DNA from: an uncultured Faecalibacterium sp.
GTDB taxonomy: Bacteria; Bacillota; Clostridia; Oscillospirales; Acutalibacteraceae
NCBI GenBank assembly: GCA_964480405.1
Contig: CAYZOU010000005.1
Span: 39,117-103,116 of the forward strand
Length of the DNA: 64,000 nucleotides
Direction: 5' to 3'
The translations under genes and the position numbers were made by a program. Each line of letters opens with the position of its first letter. Position 1 is the first letter of the stretch. Below the pieces are notes generated by a model. That model was not told the origin of the DNA, ran no database searches, and worked only from the letters and a program-made list of their open reading frames with translations. Positions 9,328-19,406 of this stretch are shown piece by piece.

Positions 9328-10452
9328 TTATTTGTTCTCAGCGAGTGAAACTATGATGTCGGCGATATTTTTCTTTGCGTCGATCATCGCCATTGCTCTT
9401 GCGTTTTCTCCTATTCTCTCTCTTTTCTCTCTGTTATTGACAAGCTCGTCGACTTCCTTTATCAGCTTTTCGCCCGTCAGATCCTTTTCCTCTATCATTA
9501 TTGCGGCGTCGTTATTGACAAGCGCCATTGCGTTATGATATTGATGATTCTCGGCGACATTCGGTGACGGCACTAATATTGATGCCTTTCCGAGAGCTTC
9601 GATCTCGCTGAGTGATGAAGCGCCCGCTCTGCATACGACTATATCAGCCGCACTCATGCATACGTCCATGTCGCTTATGTATTCTCTTATTTCAATGTTA
9701 TTATGCTTATCAAGGTCAACGCCGTTCTCTTTTATTTTATCGGGTACCCAAAGTCCGTAGCTGCCCATAGAATGTAAAAAGCGGTAGTTCTTTTCGTCGG
9801 CACGCTTTGAAATAAGCTCGACCGCCGCCTCGTTTATGGCTCTTGCACCGAGTGAGCCGCCCATTGAGAGTATAAGCACCTCATCGTCCTTGATACCCAT
9901 TTCGGCTCTCGAAAAGTCTCTGTCGGCTCTGAGCATTTCTCCCCTTACCGGCAGACCCGTGAGTATACATTCGTTTTTAGGCTCTAAATATTTTTTTACG
10001 CTGTCAACGGTTATCATCACTCGGTCAACGTGTTTCGCCAACGCCTTATTTGTCACACCGGGGAATGCGTTCTGCTCATGGATAGCTGTCGGGATTCCCA
10101 TTTTATATGCTGTTCTCAAAACAGGACCGGACACATATCCGCCGAAGCCGATAACGACGTCGGGGTTAAATTTCTTGATTATCTTTTTAGTCTGAAATGA
10201 TGACGTCAGAAGATAAAAAAGCGTTCTGATATTCTTGGCTATATTCTTTAAGCTCAGCTTTCTTTGAAAGCCGGATATTGATATAGTTGCAAAGTCAAAG
10301 CCTGCCTGAGGGACAAGCCTTGACTCCATTTTATCCTTTGTTCCGACAAAGAGGATCTCGCTGTCGGGATATCTTTCTCTGATCTCACCTGCAACGGCAA
10401 GCGCCGGATTTATATGTCCGCCCGTACCGCCGGCGGCAAATAGAAATCTCAT
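9328..10452 (-). CDS. murG: Undecaprenyldiphospho-muramoylpentapeptide beta-N-acetylglucosaminyltransferase
   Basis: N-terminal AAGGTGGHINPALAV, 374 aa, dcw context. Confidence 0.93.
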   Translation of the reverse strand: MRFLFAAGGTGGHINPALAVAGEIRERYPDSEILFVGTKDKMESRLVPQAGFDFATISISGFQRKLSLKNIAKNIRTLFYLLTSSFQTKKIIKKFNPDVVIGFGGYVSGPVLRTAYKMGIPTAIHEQNAFPGVTNKALAKHVDRVMITVDSVKKYLEPKNECILTGLPVRGEMLRADRDFSRAEMGIKDDEVLILSMGGSLGARAINEAAVELISKRADEKNYRFLHSMGSYGLWVPDKIKENGVDLDKHNNIEIREYISDMDVCMSAADIVVCRAGASSLSEIEALGKASILVPSPNVAENHQYHNAMALVNNDAAIMIEEKDLTGEKLIKEVDELVNNREKRERIGENARAMAMIDAKKNIADIIVSLAENK

Positions 10453-10466
10453 ATATTTAACCTCGC

Positions 10467-11864
10467 TTATGTTTTTTCGATGCTGCTGTTTCTTGAAACG
10501 GACATGATCAAGCCCATTTCTGTCAGCAATATGACAAGAGAGCTGCCTCCATAGCTGAAGAACGGAAGCGATATACCCGTGTTGGGAATCGCATCTGAAA
10601 CAACCGCAATATTGAGTATGACCTGTATTCCGACCTGAAGCGCTATACCCATGGCAAGCATTGAGCCGAAAACGTCCTTTGCCCTGACAGCTATCTTGAA
10701 AGCTCTGTGAACAAGAGCGGCGAAAAGGCAGATAATAGCCGTTGCGCCGACAAAGCCGAGCTCCTCACAAACGATAGCAAAGATGAAGTCGTTTTGCGGC
10801 TCGGAAACATACATATGCTTCTGTTTTGAGCCGCCGAGACCTAAGCCGAACGGGCCGCCCGACGCTATCGCTCGCAAGCTTTGGTTTGTCTGCCATCTCG
10901 CTTTCAGCGGCTCAAAGCTCTTGTCAAGCCACGCCACGATTCTCGTTCCGGCATAACCCGGAAGTATATCTGGATTCTTTATGACGACGATAAGCGCCAA
11001 GGCGACAACTGCGGCGAGGACAATGAAATATCCTTTTTTCACTCCGCCCAGCCACATCATGCCGACACCTATCAAGAATACGAGGATAGTACACGAAATG
11101 TGATTTTCAATTATGATCAAGACACAGATAAACGAAATAATCAGCGTATACCACAAAGTAAGCGCCATTGACATGGTGCTTGCGTTTCTGTAGAAAACAC
11201 GAAGCTTTGAGGTGAATTTATCGTCGATAGACTGAAGAAGCGGCGAATTCGGCACTTTCTTTGAGCCAATCAATCCGTATTGCCTTGAGATATTATAGGC
11301 TAAAAACAGAATCAATCCGAACTTAGCTATCTCAGACGGTTGGAAGTTTATCGGCCCTATCTTGAGCCAGCGCTTGAAGTCGTTATCCTTATGAAGATTG
11401 ACTAAAAACGTCACTATCAACAGCAACACCGAAGCCCCGTAGCCGACAATGGCGAGACCTCCGTTGAGCCTCCTATAATTGAAGAAGCTGACGGCGAACA
11501 TCATTACTATTCCTATCACGGCGTAAGCGACCTGCCTTTTGATATACCAAAGCTCGTCGCCGCCTTTTCTATAGTACGCATCGGTGTAGCTTGCCGAAAA
11601 CATCATAACAAGTCCGATACAAAGAAGAACAAAGACCAATATCATAAAAGGTGCGTCGGCCGTTCCCGAAAGAGTCCATCTTTTGATGAATGAGCCGAAA
11701 CGTGCGCCGCTTTCCTGAGCTTTTCTGACTGAGCTTTCCTTTTCACGGCGCAGCTGTTCCTCTTTCATAGCTCTTTCCCGTTCTCTCTGTCTCGCTCTTT
11801 CACTGCGAGGGTCGACATAGGGATTTCTCATATTATTCGGTTTTGCGTATTCTCTTTCAGCCAA
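10467..11864 (-). CDS. ftsW: SEDS-family peptidoglycan glycosyltransferase FtsW/SpoVE with a charged N-terminal extension
   Basis: Polytopic protein with SEDS motifs (QPSEIAKF, LPNTGISLPFFSYGGSS). Confidence 0.88.
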   Translation of the reverse strand: MAEREYAKPNNMRNPYVDPRSERARQRERERAMKEEQLRREKESSVRKAQESGARFGSFIKRWTLSGTADAPFMILVFVLLCIGLVMMFSASYTDAYYRKGGDELWYIKRQVAYAVIGIVMMFAVSFFNYRRLNGGLAIVGYGASVLLLIVTFLVNLHKDNDFKRWLKIGPINFQPSEIAKFGLILFLAYNISRQYGLIGSKKVPNSPLLQSIDDKFTSKLRVFYRNASTMSMALTLWYTLIISFICVLIIIENHISCTILVFLIGVGMMWLGGVKKGYFIVLAAVVALALIVVIKNPDILPGYAGTRIVAWLDKSFEPLKARWQTNQSLRAIASGGPFGLGLGGSKQKHMYVSEPQNDFIFAIVCEELGFVGATAIICLFAALVHRAFKIAVRAKDVFGSMLAMGIALQVGIQVILNIAVVSDAIPNTGISLPFFSYGGSSLVILLTEMGLIMSVSRNSSIEKT

Positions 11865-11897
11865 GCTTATCCCTCCGATCGGATGTTAAGTTTAAAC

Positions 11898-12932
11898 TTA
11901 AATCACCCTGTTGTCTCCGAAATAGATGATTATTATGCCCAAAATACAGGCTATAGCGTTGATCAAGGTAAAAATTCCGACTATCTTTTTTTCGTTCCAG
12001 CCGCTCATTTCAAAATGGTGGTGTATCGGTGCCATTTTGAACACCTTTTTGTGGCGAAGCTTGAAGCTTCCTATCTGAATCACGTCACTCATAGCTTCAA
12101 GAACATATATGAAGCCGAAAAGAACGAGTATTAACGGCATGTCTATGGCATAGGCTAAGGCTACGACCATACCGCCGAGGAACATTGAGCCGGTGTCGCC
12201 CATCATGACCTTCGCCGGATAGTGATTCCAAATCAGATATCCTGCACAGCCTCCGACCAAAGCGGCGGCAAGAATGCTGATACTTGTGGTCTTATAAAGT
12301 ATAGCCGAGACGGTGAATGCAAGCGCCGCAACGAGTGTTACACTGCCGCAAAGGCCGTCGATACCGTCGGTGAAATTGACGGCATTTGTTGCGCCGTAGA
12401 TAACGCAAATGCCGAATATCCAATAGAAGAAGTGAAGATCGACCGAGCCGACAAACGGAACATACATTGAAGTTCCGCTGACCTTATAATAGCATATGAG
12501 GTAAGCGACGGCGATTATCATTTGAGGTATCGTTTTTTGTATTTCGGTAAGACCGAGATTACGCTTCTTGACGACCTTGATATAGTCATCGACAAAGCCG
12601 ACGAGCGCAAAAAGCACGGCAAGCAATAAGCCGCCGAAAATTTTGACAAGCTCAACATTTTTCATTTCTCCGGCAGGCGAAAATGCACTTGCACCCATGC
12701 CCTTGCAGACAAGGTATGTGACAGCCGATGAGGCTATGACACCAATTATAAACATTATTCCGCCCATAGTCGGTGTGCCCTGTTTTTTTGCGTGCCACTT
12801 CGGGCCTATATCGACAAGTATTGTCTGACCGAATTTCAGCTTATGAAGAAGCGGTATGACAGCATAGCCTAAAAGCCATGTGACAAAGAACGCAATAAGA
12901 AGCGACATAACGCTTGCAACCGTAATACTCAT
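11898..12932 (-). CDS. mraY: Phospho-N-acetylmuramoyl-pentapeptide-transferase
   Basis: Motifs GTPTMGG, NAVNFTDGIDGL and HHHFE are present. Confidence 0.95.
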   Translation of the reverse strand: MSITVASVMSLLIAFFVTWLLGYAVIPLLHKLKFGQTILVDIGPKWHAKKQGTPTMGGIMFIIGVIASSAVTYLVCKGMGASAFSPAGEMKNVELVKIFGGLLLAVLFALVGFVDDYIKVVKKRNLGLTEIQKTIPQMIIAVAYLICYYKVSGTSMYVPFVGSVDLHFFYWIFGICVIYGATNAVNFTDGIDGLCGSVTLVAALAFTVSAILYKTTSISILAAALVGGCAGYLIWNHYPAKVMMGDTGSMFLGGMVVALAYAIDMPLILVLFGFIYVLEAMSDVIQIGSFKLRHKKVFKMAPIHHHFEMSGWNEKKIVGIFTLINAIACILGIIIIYFGDNRVI

Positions 12933-12953
12933 TTGATCAAATCCTCTCTCGTT

Positions 12954-14396
12954 TTAGTTTTCCTTTTGCTTTTCGAGATACTCAGCGACCTTTTCTCTCT
13001 CATCATAATGTATTTTTTCTTTGCCGATTATCTGATAGGTCTCATGACCTTTTCCGGCAAGAAGTATTATATCATTTTCTTCGGCTATACTCAAGGCAAG
13101 CTCTATAGCTTGAGTTCTGTCAATTTTTACATATGTTTTGTTTGTGCTGCCCGTCATGCCGTCTAAGATATCGTTTATTATGCTTTCGGGGTCTTCCGTT
13201 CTCGGATTATCCGTTGTGACAACAGCTATATCCGAAAGCTCTGCGACGGTTCTGCCCATTATCGGACGCTTGGTTTTATCTCTGTCGCCGCCACAGCCGA
13301 ACACCGTTATAACTCTGCCCTTTTTGACCTCGTTGAGAGTTCTGAGAACATTCTCAAGTCCGTCCGGAGTATGCGCATAGTCAACTACGACACTGTAGGG
13401 CGTATCGGTATCCAAAACTTCAAACCTGCCCTTGACGCTTTTAAGCTTCGCCACATTGGCGATAACAGTGTCAAAGTCAAATCCGAGTTCGAGCATACAA
13501 CCGATAACAGCCATTGAGTTATAGACGGAAAACATTCCCGGTGTCTCATAGTGTACTCTGCCTATCATTGAAATGCCGACTATCGCATAATCGACACCTT
13601 TCGGGCTGAGCTTCACTGTTTTCGCCGTGAGATCGGCGGCGTTCTGACTTGCCGAATATGTCGTGACCTTGCAGTCGGTGTCTTCGAGTAATGCTTTATA
13701 GGAAGCATCGTCTATGTTTATTATCGCTTTATCGCAGTTTAAGAAAAGCTTTCTCTTAGCCGCAATATAGTTTTCCATTGAGCCGTGATAGTCGAGATGA
13801 TCCTGCGTAAGATTTGTGAAAACGGCAACGTCAAAATGACAGCCGTCGGTGCGGCATTGGTCAAGAGCCTGTGATGAGACCTCCATAACGCAATATTCCG
13901 TTCCGCACTCGACCATTTCGCTGAACATTCTGTTAAGCTCGAACGCATCGGGGGTAGTCAAAACGCTGTCGGTTTTCTTTGAGCCGATAATATTTGATAC
14001 CGTTCCGATAAGTCCCGCCTTTTTGCCTAATGAAATCAGCAGGTTATATATAAGCGTTGAAACAGTTGTTTTTCCGTTCGTTCCCGTAACGCCTATGAGG
14101 GTCATTCGCTCAGACGGCTGTGAGAAAAACAGACTGCACATCTTCGCATATTCGCTTCGTGTGTTACCGACGATAACTTGATTTCGGCAGCCGACATCTC
14201 TTTGAGCGATTATCGCCGCCGCACCCATTTCCTCCGCCTTTTTGGCTGCCGTATGTCCGTCAAAGTTTTTGCCCTCGATACAGACAAAAGCGCAGCCTTG
14301 CTTACATTTTCTCGAATCATCGGTTATATATGAAATTTCAACGTCCTGCCAGTCGCTTTTTGCGGCTGTGTTTCTTAAAAGATAAGATAATTTCAT
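12954..14396 (-). CDS. murE: UDP-N-acetylmuramoyl-L-alanyl-D-glutamate--2,6-diaminopimelate ligase
   Basis: Mur ligase P-loop GVTGTNGKTT and a DNPR motif (TTDNPRTEDP) typical of DAP-adding MurE. Confidence 0.9.
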   Translation of the reverse strand: MKLSYLLRNTAAKSDWQDVEISYITDDSRKCKQGCAFVCIEGKNFDGHTAAKKAEEMGAAAIIAQRDVGCRNQVIVGNTRSEYAKMCSLFFSQPSERMTLIGVTGTNGKTTVSTLIYNLLISLGKKAGLIGTVSNIIGSKKTDSVLTTPDAFELNRMFSEMVECGTEYCVMEVSSQALDQCRTDGCHFDVAVFTNLTQDHLDYHGSMENYIAAKRKLFLNCDKAIINIDDASYKALLEDTDCKVTTYSASQNAADLTAKTVKLSPKGVDYAIVGISMIGRVHYETPGMFSVYNSMAVIGCMLELGFDFDTVIANVAKLKSVKGRFEVLDTDTPYSVVVDYAHTPDGLENVLRTLNEVKKGRVITVFGCGGDRDKTKRPIMGRTVAELSDIAVVTTDNPRTEDPESIINDILDGMTGSTNKTYVKIDRTQAIELALSIAEENDIILLAGKGHETYQIIGKEKIHYDEREKVAEYLEKQKEN

Positions 14397-14472
14397 TCTA
14401 TGACCTCCGCTTTATTTTGCTTTTTCTTATCTCGGTTTGCTTTTTTATGTACACCCGAGTGTGTACCGAATA

Positions 14473-16725
14473 TCAATCGGCATCGGCTACGCCGCTGGTT
14501 TCTTGGAAGTATACGGTTATGCTTGAGCCCGCTTCGACCTTCGTTCCCTTTTCGATGCTTTGCTTGATGGAAATGGTGCTTCCCGTCTTCAGCGACGGGC
14601 CGGAGAAGGTTATGTTTACTCCCGTTGCAACAGCTAACTGATTGACCTGAGATATGGTTTTATTTGTAAAGTCGGGCACTTCGACCATTGAGGTTTTTGC
14701 GCCTTTCTCCGTATAGACCACGATAACACCGCCCGACGGTATGGTCTGCTTTGCGGCAGGTGTTTGGCTTATGACTTCATCGCCCGAGCCGACGACCTTG
14801 ACGGAATATCCCTGCTTTGCCGCCGTCTGCTTCGCCGAAAGAACAGAGCTTCCGACCAAATTGGGAGCGACAGATGTAAACGTAGCAAGCTCACTTTCCG
14901 TATACTTAGGCTCAACATTGAGATATTCGAGCGTATTTTGCATGACCTCCTTAGCGGCAGGAGCGGCAACTACGCTACCCGAGTGAACGGCTGTTCCGGG
15001 ATTGTCGACGATTATAAGAACGGCTACCTGCGGATCATCGGCAGGAGCGAAGCAAACGAACGAAGCCGAATAGAGATTCTTTTCGCTGTCTTGGCTTTCC
15101 TTGATCTTCTGTGAAGTAGCGGTCTTACCTGCGACACGGTAACCGGCTATATATGCGTTCTTACCCGTACCGGCGGAAACGACCTTTTCCATCATTTCGC
15201 AGACCTTTTTGCTTGTGCTTTCGCTGATGACCTGTCGCTTGACCTCCGGCTCTTTCGTCGAAAGAACGTTTCCGTCGGAATCGACCGTACCCGAAACGAT
15301 ATAGGGCTTCATGAGCTTTCCGCCGTTGGCTACGGCGCTGATGGCGGTTATCATCTGAATCGGCGTGACCTTGATCGTCTGACCGAATGAGGTACTCGCA
15401 AGGTTAACGTTTGTGAAGCTGTTTTTTGCGTGGTAGGTAACGCCTGCTACCGGCTCCGCTTCACCCGGAAGATCTATTCCGGTTTTTTCCGTAAAGCCGA
15501 AAGCCTCGAAATATTTGAAATAAGCGTCTGTTCCGAGCTTCTGACCTATCGTTATAAAGAACGGGTTACAGGAATTCATAAGACCCTGCGTGATTGTCTG
15601 ATGACCGTGACCTGTTCGCCTTGCGCAGTGGATATTCCAGCCGCCTATGCTGTATACGCCGCTGCAATTATAGGTCGTGTTCTCATCGACAACGCCCTCC
15701 TCCAAAGCTGCCGCAAGGGTGAAAACCTTGAAAACAGAGCCCGGCTCATAGGTATATGAGACCGTCTTATTGTTCCACTGAGCGAACAATGCGTTCGTGT
15801 AAGCCTCCGAGTATTCGTCAGTACCCTTGAGCTTTTCGATCTCCTTTCGAGTTTCCTCGTCATATATGGTGTATGCGTTGTTTGAATCATAGTCGGGCTT
15901 GCTTGACATTGCCTTAACAGCGCCCGTGTTGACGTCCATGACTATACCGTATGCGCCCTCGGCTTCATAGTCAACAAGAGCTTCATCGAGAGCCTTTTCA
16001 AGATAGTATTGGATAGTGACGTCAAGCGTTGTCAAAAGTCCGTTACCCGTGCCGGGATCAATAACCGTTTCATAGTCCGAGCTCATGCTCTGGCTTCTTG
16101 CGTCCTTTGCGGTTATTATTCTGCCGGGTGTACCCATAAGCGTTTCATCATAGACATATTCGAGTCCGCCCTTGCCCTCACCGTCGGCATTGATAAAGCC
16201 TATGACCGATGAAGCGAAATTGTTGGACTGATAAAATCTCATTGAGCTTGGGGTAAAGTATACAGTTCCGCCGTAGCTGTTTTCGGAAAGGTATGTCTCG
16301 ACCTTGTCTTTCTGAGTCGCCGTGACCTGCTTTTTGATTATTTCGTAGCGGCTCTCGGTATTATTTAGTTTTTTGTATACCGTGTCGTATTCTATTGAGA
16401 AAGTCTCGCTCAAAAACTTTGACAGATTTTCTCTTGTCTCATCTTTTGTGATATTGCTCGGTGTCGCACAGCAAAGCCACGCCGATGCGCTTTGAGCTAA
16501 GACGTTCATGTTGCAGTCATATATGTTGCCTCTCGGTGCGGTGACAATGGTGTCGCTCATCTGTTGATCTTCAGCCTCGGCTCTGTATTCCTCACCCTTG
16601 ACAAAGACGACATTGACAAGACTGACTATATTAAGCAACAGCACCGAAACGCACAAAAACGCAAGCAGAGCCGTCGCATTTTTCTTTATTTTCTTATCGG
16701 GGTTTTTAATTATCACCGTTAACAC
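14473..16725 (-). CDS. Class B penicillin-binding protein (FtsI/SpoVD/PBP2B-like) with C-terminal PASTA repeats
   Basis: Transpeptidase motifs are present (SVFK-type serine motif in EPGSVFKVFT, SCN, KTATS). Two PASTA-like repeats lie at the C-terminus. The gene sits between ftsL and murE. Confidence 0.9.
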   Translation of the reverse strand: MLTVIIKNPDKKIKKNATALLAFLCVSVLLLNIVSLVNVVFVKGEEYRAEAEDQQMSDTIVTAPRGNIYDCNMNVLAQSASAWLCCATPSNITKDETRENLSKFLSETFSIEYDTVYKKLNNTESRYEIIKKQVTATQKDKVETYLSENSYGGTVYFTPSSMRFYQSNNFASSVIGFINADGEGKGGLEYVYDETLMGTPGRIITAKDARSQSMSSDYETVIDPGTGNGLLTTLDVTIQYYLEKALDEALVDYEAEGAYGIVMDVNTGAVKAMSSKPDYDSNNAYTIYDEETRKEIEKLKGTDEYSEAYTNALFAQWNNKTVSYTYEPGSVFKVFTLAAALEEGVVDENTTYNCSGVYSIGGWNIHCARRTGHGHQTITQGLMNSCNPFFITIGQKLGTDAYFKYFEAFGFTEKTGIDLPGEAEPVAGVTYHAKNSFTNVNLASTSFGQTIKVTPIQMITAISAVANGGKLMKPYIVSGTVDSDGNVLSTKEPEVKRQVISESTSKKVCEMMEKVVSAGTGKNAYIAGYRVAGKTATSQKIKESQDSEKNLYSASFVCFAPADDPQVAVLIIVDNPGTAVHSGSVVAAPAAKEVMQNTLEYLNVEPKYTESELATFTSVAPNLVGSSVLSAKQTAAKQGYSVKVVGSGDEVISQTPAAKQTIPSGGVIVVYTEKGAKTSMVEVPDFTNKTISQVNQLAVATGVNITFSGPSLKTGSTISIKQSIEKGTKVEAGSSITVYFQETSGVADAD

Positions 16726-16780
16726 CTCTCAGTTTCCGATTTATCTCTAAATTATTTTTTCCTTTTATAGCAGCACAAGG

Positions 16781-16820
16781 CGAAAAGACACATAATTCTA
16801 TGTGAGCTTTTTCGCCTTAT
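16781..16820 (-). other. Long hairpin between ftsL and the PBP gene (possible internal attenuator or processing site)
   Basis: aaggcgaaaa...ttttcgcctt with an inner cacata/tatgtg pairing. Confidence 0.4.
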
Positions 16821-16832
16821 CCGTCATTTTTT

Positions 16833-17294
16833 TCAGTTAGTTTCCTCACCGGAGGACACTATAACTTTATTTTCCTTTGCTATTTTAACATACTCTATAT
16901 CGCCTGCGCCGAGCTTGACTAAGCCCAACTTTTCAACGGCGATCTTTTCGATCTGTTCGAGTGAAACCATACCGTTAAGCTCCATTGATAACCTTGAGTT
17001 ATCGCTTTGGACCATTTCGTATTTCTCGGACAGGTCACTGTATTTTCTGTCTGCGGCATCGCAACTGCAATAGCCGTAAATATTCATAAAACAAAGCGCT
17101 GACAAAACAACTCCCGCAATTACCGTTCTTGTCAACCTGACGGCGACTGTTTTCTTTTCGGTTTTAATTTCCTCTTTTGTTTTCTCCCTCGGTGTCAGCT
17201 TTTTAAGTTCAACTGTTTTTTGCTGTTCGCTTCTTCGTCTTTCAGCCGGAGAAAAAGCGTCAAAGTCAAACTCCTGACCGGCAGGTAAAGCCAT
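16833..17294 (-). CDS. ftsL: Cell division protein FtsL-like (septum formation initiator)
   Basis: Single TM followed by a coiled coil (SDLSEKYEMVQSDNSRLSMEL). Located between rsmH and the PBP gene. Confidence 0.75.
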   Translation of the reverse strand: MALPAGQEFDFDAFSPAERRRSEQQKTVELKKLTPREKTKEEIKTEKKTVAVRLTRTVIAGVVLSALCFMNIYGYCSCDAADRKYSDLSEKYEMVQSDNSRLSMELNGMVSLEQIEKIAVEKLGLVKLGAGDIEYVKIAKENKVIVSSGEETN

Positions 17295-17330
17295 GATATT
17301 TCCTCCCTTTTATTGTATTTACCGTTTTTC

Positions 17331-18263
17331 TCAATTATGTAGTTTTTCTATAGCTCTGAGCGTTGCGCTCCTTGATCTCGGATTGTTTTTAAGCTCCTCG
17401 TCGCTTGCCGTTATAAACTTAAACGGCAACTCACCTCTCGGTGTTCTTCCGCAGACGCACACCGGAAATTCTTTTGGGCAAATACAGCCTTCACAGAATT
17501 TCGCAAATCTTCTCTTGACCATTCTGTCTTCAAGGGAATGGAAGGTGATGATGCTGAGTCTGCCGCCGATTTTCAGCGCATCGAACATATCGTCTAACGT
17601 GGCGTCAAGTTTATCAAGCTCGCCGTTGACCTCTATTCTGAGCGCCTGAAATGTTCGTCTCGCCGGATGTCCTCCGCTTCTTCTCGCCGAAGCGGGAATG
17701 GAATATTTCACTATTTCGGCAAGTTTCAAGGTCGAATCTATCGGATTTATCGCTCGCTCCTTGACAATGTTTCTCGCTATGGAACGGGCGAATTTTTCTT
17801 CGCCGTATGTCTGAATTATTCTCGCAAGTTCTCTTTCACCGAGCTTATTGACAAGGTCGGCGGCCGTCGGTCCCGATTGGCTCATTCTCATATCGAGCGG
17901 CGCATCATTGTGGACCGAGAAGCCTCTTTCCGCTGTGTCGAGCTGGTGGGAGCTTACGCCGAGGTCGGCGAGTACCCCATCGACATATTCTATATCAAGC
18001 TTCGATAATATTTCTTTAAGCTGTGAGAAGTTCTTTTGAACCACAGTCACTCTCTTATCGCCGCTGAAACGCTCCTTTAACACGGCGATCGCATCGGGGT
18101 CTTGGTCAATGGCGATAAGCCGACCGTTTTCACCCAGCCTTGCCAAAACGGCTCTTGAGTGACCTCCGCCGCCGGCAGTGCAATCGACGTATATGCCGTC
18201 CTTTTTCACATTGAGCGAGTCAACGGTCTCGTTCAAAAGAACGCTTATATGTTCAAAGTTCAT
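17331..18263 (-). CDS. rsmH: 16S rRNA (cytosine1402-N4)-methyltransferase
   Basis: HISVLLNE and DCTAGGGGHS motifs, with mraZ upstream. Confidence 0.95.
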   Translation of the reverse strand: MNFEHISVLLNETVDSLNVKKDGIYVDCTAGGGGHSRAVLARLGENGRLIAIDQDPDAIAVLKERFSGDKRVTVVQKNFSQLKEILSKLDIEYVDGVLADLGVSSHQLDTAERGFSVHNDAPLDMRMSQSGPTAADLVNKLGERELARIIQTYGEEKFARSIARNIVKERAINPIDSTLKLAEIVKYSIPASARRSGGHPARRTFQALRIEVNGELDKLDATLDDMFDALKIGGRLSIITFHSLEDRMVKRRFAKFCEGCICPKEFPVCVCGRTPRGELPFKFITASDEELKNNPRSRSATLRAIEKLHN

Positions 18264-18270
18264 TTTTTAT

Positions 18271-18759
18271 TTAATCCCCGTTTTTGAGAGCGTTAGCCTC
18301 TCTCATTCTCTTTTCGACGTTCGCTTCTCTCATGAGCGCATCAACGTCTTTGACTCTTCTGACGTTTTCTTTCGATTTTTCTCTGTATGCCTTGAAGCTG
18401 TCTTCGTTCCAAATTTCAACGTGGCGTCCCATACCTATTACTAAAGCCGAGTCTGTCAAGCCGACACTTTCTCTCTGTTCGACGGGTATGGAAATTCTTC
18501 CCTGATTGTCTATCGTCACATCATAGGTCTCAGCGAAAAGGTCGGTCAATATATCATCTTCACCGAGCATATCGCCTATTCTGCTCTCAAGCTCGGCAAA
18601 CTTTCTTTCAAACTCCGCTACTGAATAGCACTGTATGCAGTTTTTATTTTCGGAAACGGTGAGAATAAACTCGCTTCCGAGTGAATCTCTGAATTTAGCA
18701 GGGACAAACATTCTGTTTTTCTGATCAAGCTTGTTGATATATTTGCCTGTGAGCAACAT
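18271..18759 (-). CDS. mraZ: Transcriptional regulator MraZ
   Basis: Two SpoVT/AbrB-like halves (DQKNRMFVPAKFR, DNQGRISIP). First gene of the dcw cluster. Confidence 0.92.
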   Translation of the reverse strand: MLLTGKYINKLDQKNRMFVPAKFRDSLGSEFILTVSENKNCIQCYSVAEFERKFAELESRIGDMLGEDDILTDLFAETYDVTIDNQGRISIPVEQRESVGLTDSALVIGMGRHVEIWNEDSFKAYREKSKENVRRVKDVDALMREANVEKRMREANALKNGD

Positions 18760-18858
18760 GACCCTGCCTCCTCTCTAATTCACCTTTTTCCACCTTTTTA
18801 GTTTACTGTTACACCATTATAGCTTGTACAGCCACCAATGTCAATAGTAATACTTCAC

Positions 18859-18908
18859 AAAAAATAAAAAAATTGCGGAGACGACTCTTTGGAATCATCT
18901 CCGCAAAA
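18859..18908 (-). terminator. Intrinsic terminator after nrdR
   Basis: Stem tgcggaga/tctccgca followed on the minus strand by a long T-tract. Confidence 0.8.
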
Positions 18909-18925
18909 TTGCGTTTTATATTCTG

Positions 18926-19384
18926 TTATTTCTTTTCGCCTAAAAGCTTTGCAAGCTCGTCCATAAAGGTGTTAATATCCTTGAACTGCCTGTAAACAGA
19001 GGCGAAACGGACATAGGCGACTTCGTCAATATCCTTGAGCTTTTCCATCGTCAGCTCACCTATGTGTACCGATGTGACCTCTCTGTCGAGTGAATTTTGA
19101 AGCTCCGCCTCAATGTCGCTGACCGCCTTTTCAATCGTGTCAAGCGCAACCGGTCTCTTTTCGCAAGCTCTGAGCATACCGTTGAAAAGCTTTTCTCTGT
19201 TGAACTGTTCTCTCGACTTATCCTTTTTCACAACGATTATCGGCACATTTTCAATGACCTCATAGGTCGTGAATCTCTTGCCGCAGCTCATACATTCACG
19301 GCGGCGTCTGATTCTTTCGCTTTCGTCGGTCGGTCTTGAATCAATGACCTTGCTTTCGGTGTAACCGCAAAACGGACACTTCAT
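18926..19384 (-). CDS. nrdR: Transcriptional repressor NrdR
   Basis: Zinc ribbon MKCPFCG...[12 protein letters not shown] plus an ATP-cone domain. Confidence 0.95.
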   Translation of the reverse strand: MKCPFCGYTESKVIDSRPTDESERIRRRRECMSCGKRFTTYEVIENVPIIVVKKDKSREQFNREKLFNGMLRACEKRPVALDTIEKAVSDIEAELQNSLDREVTSVHIGELTMEKLKDIDEVAYVRFASVYRQFKDINTFMDELAKLLGEKK

Positions 19385-19406
19385 TTTTTATCACTCCTGT
19401 CTTTTA

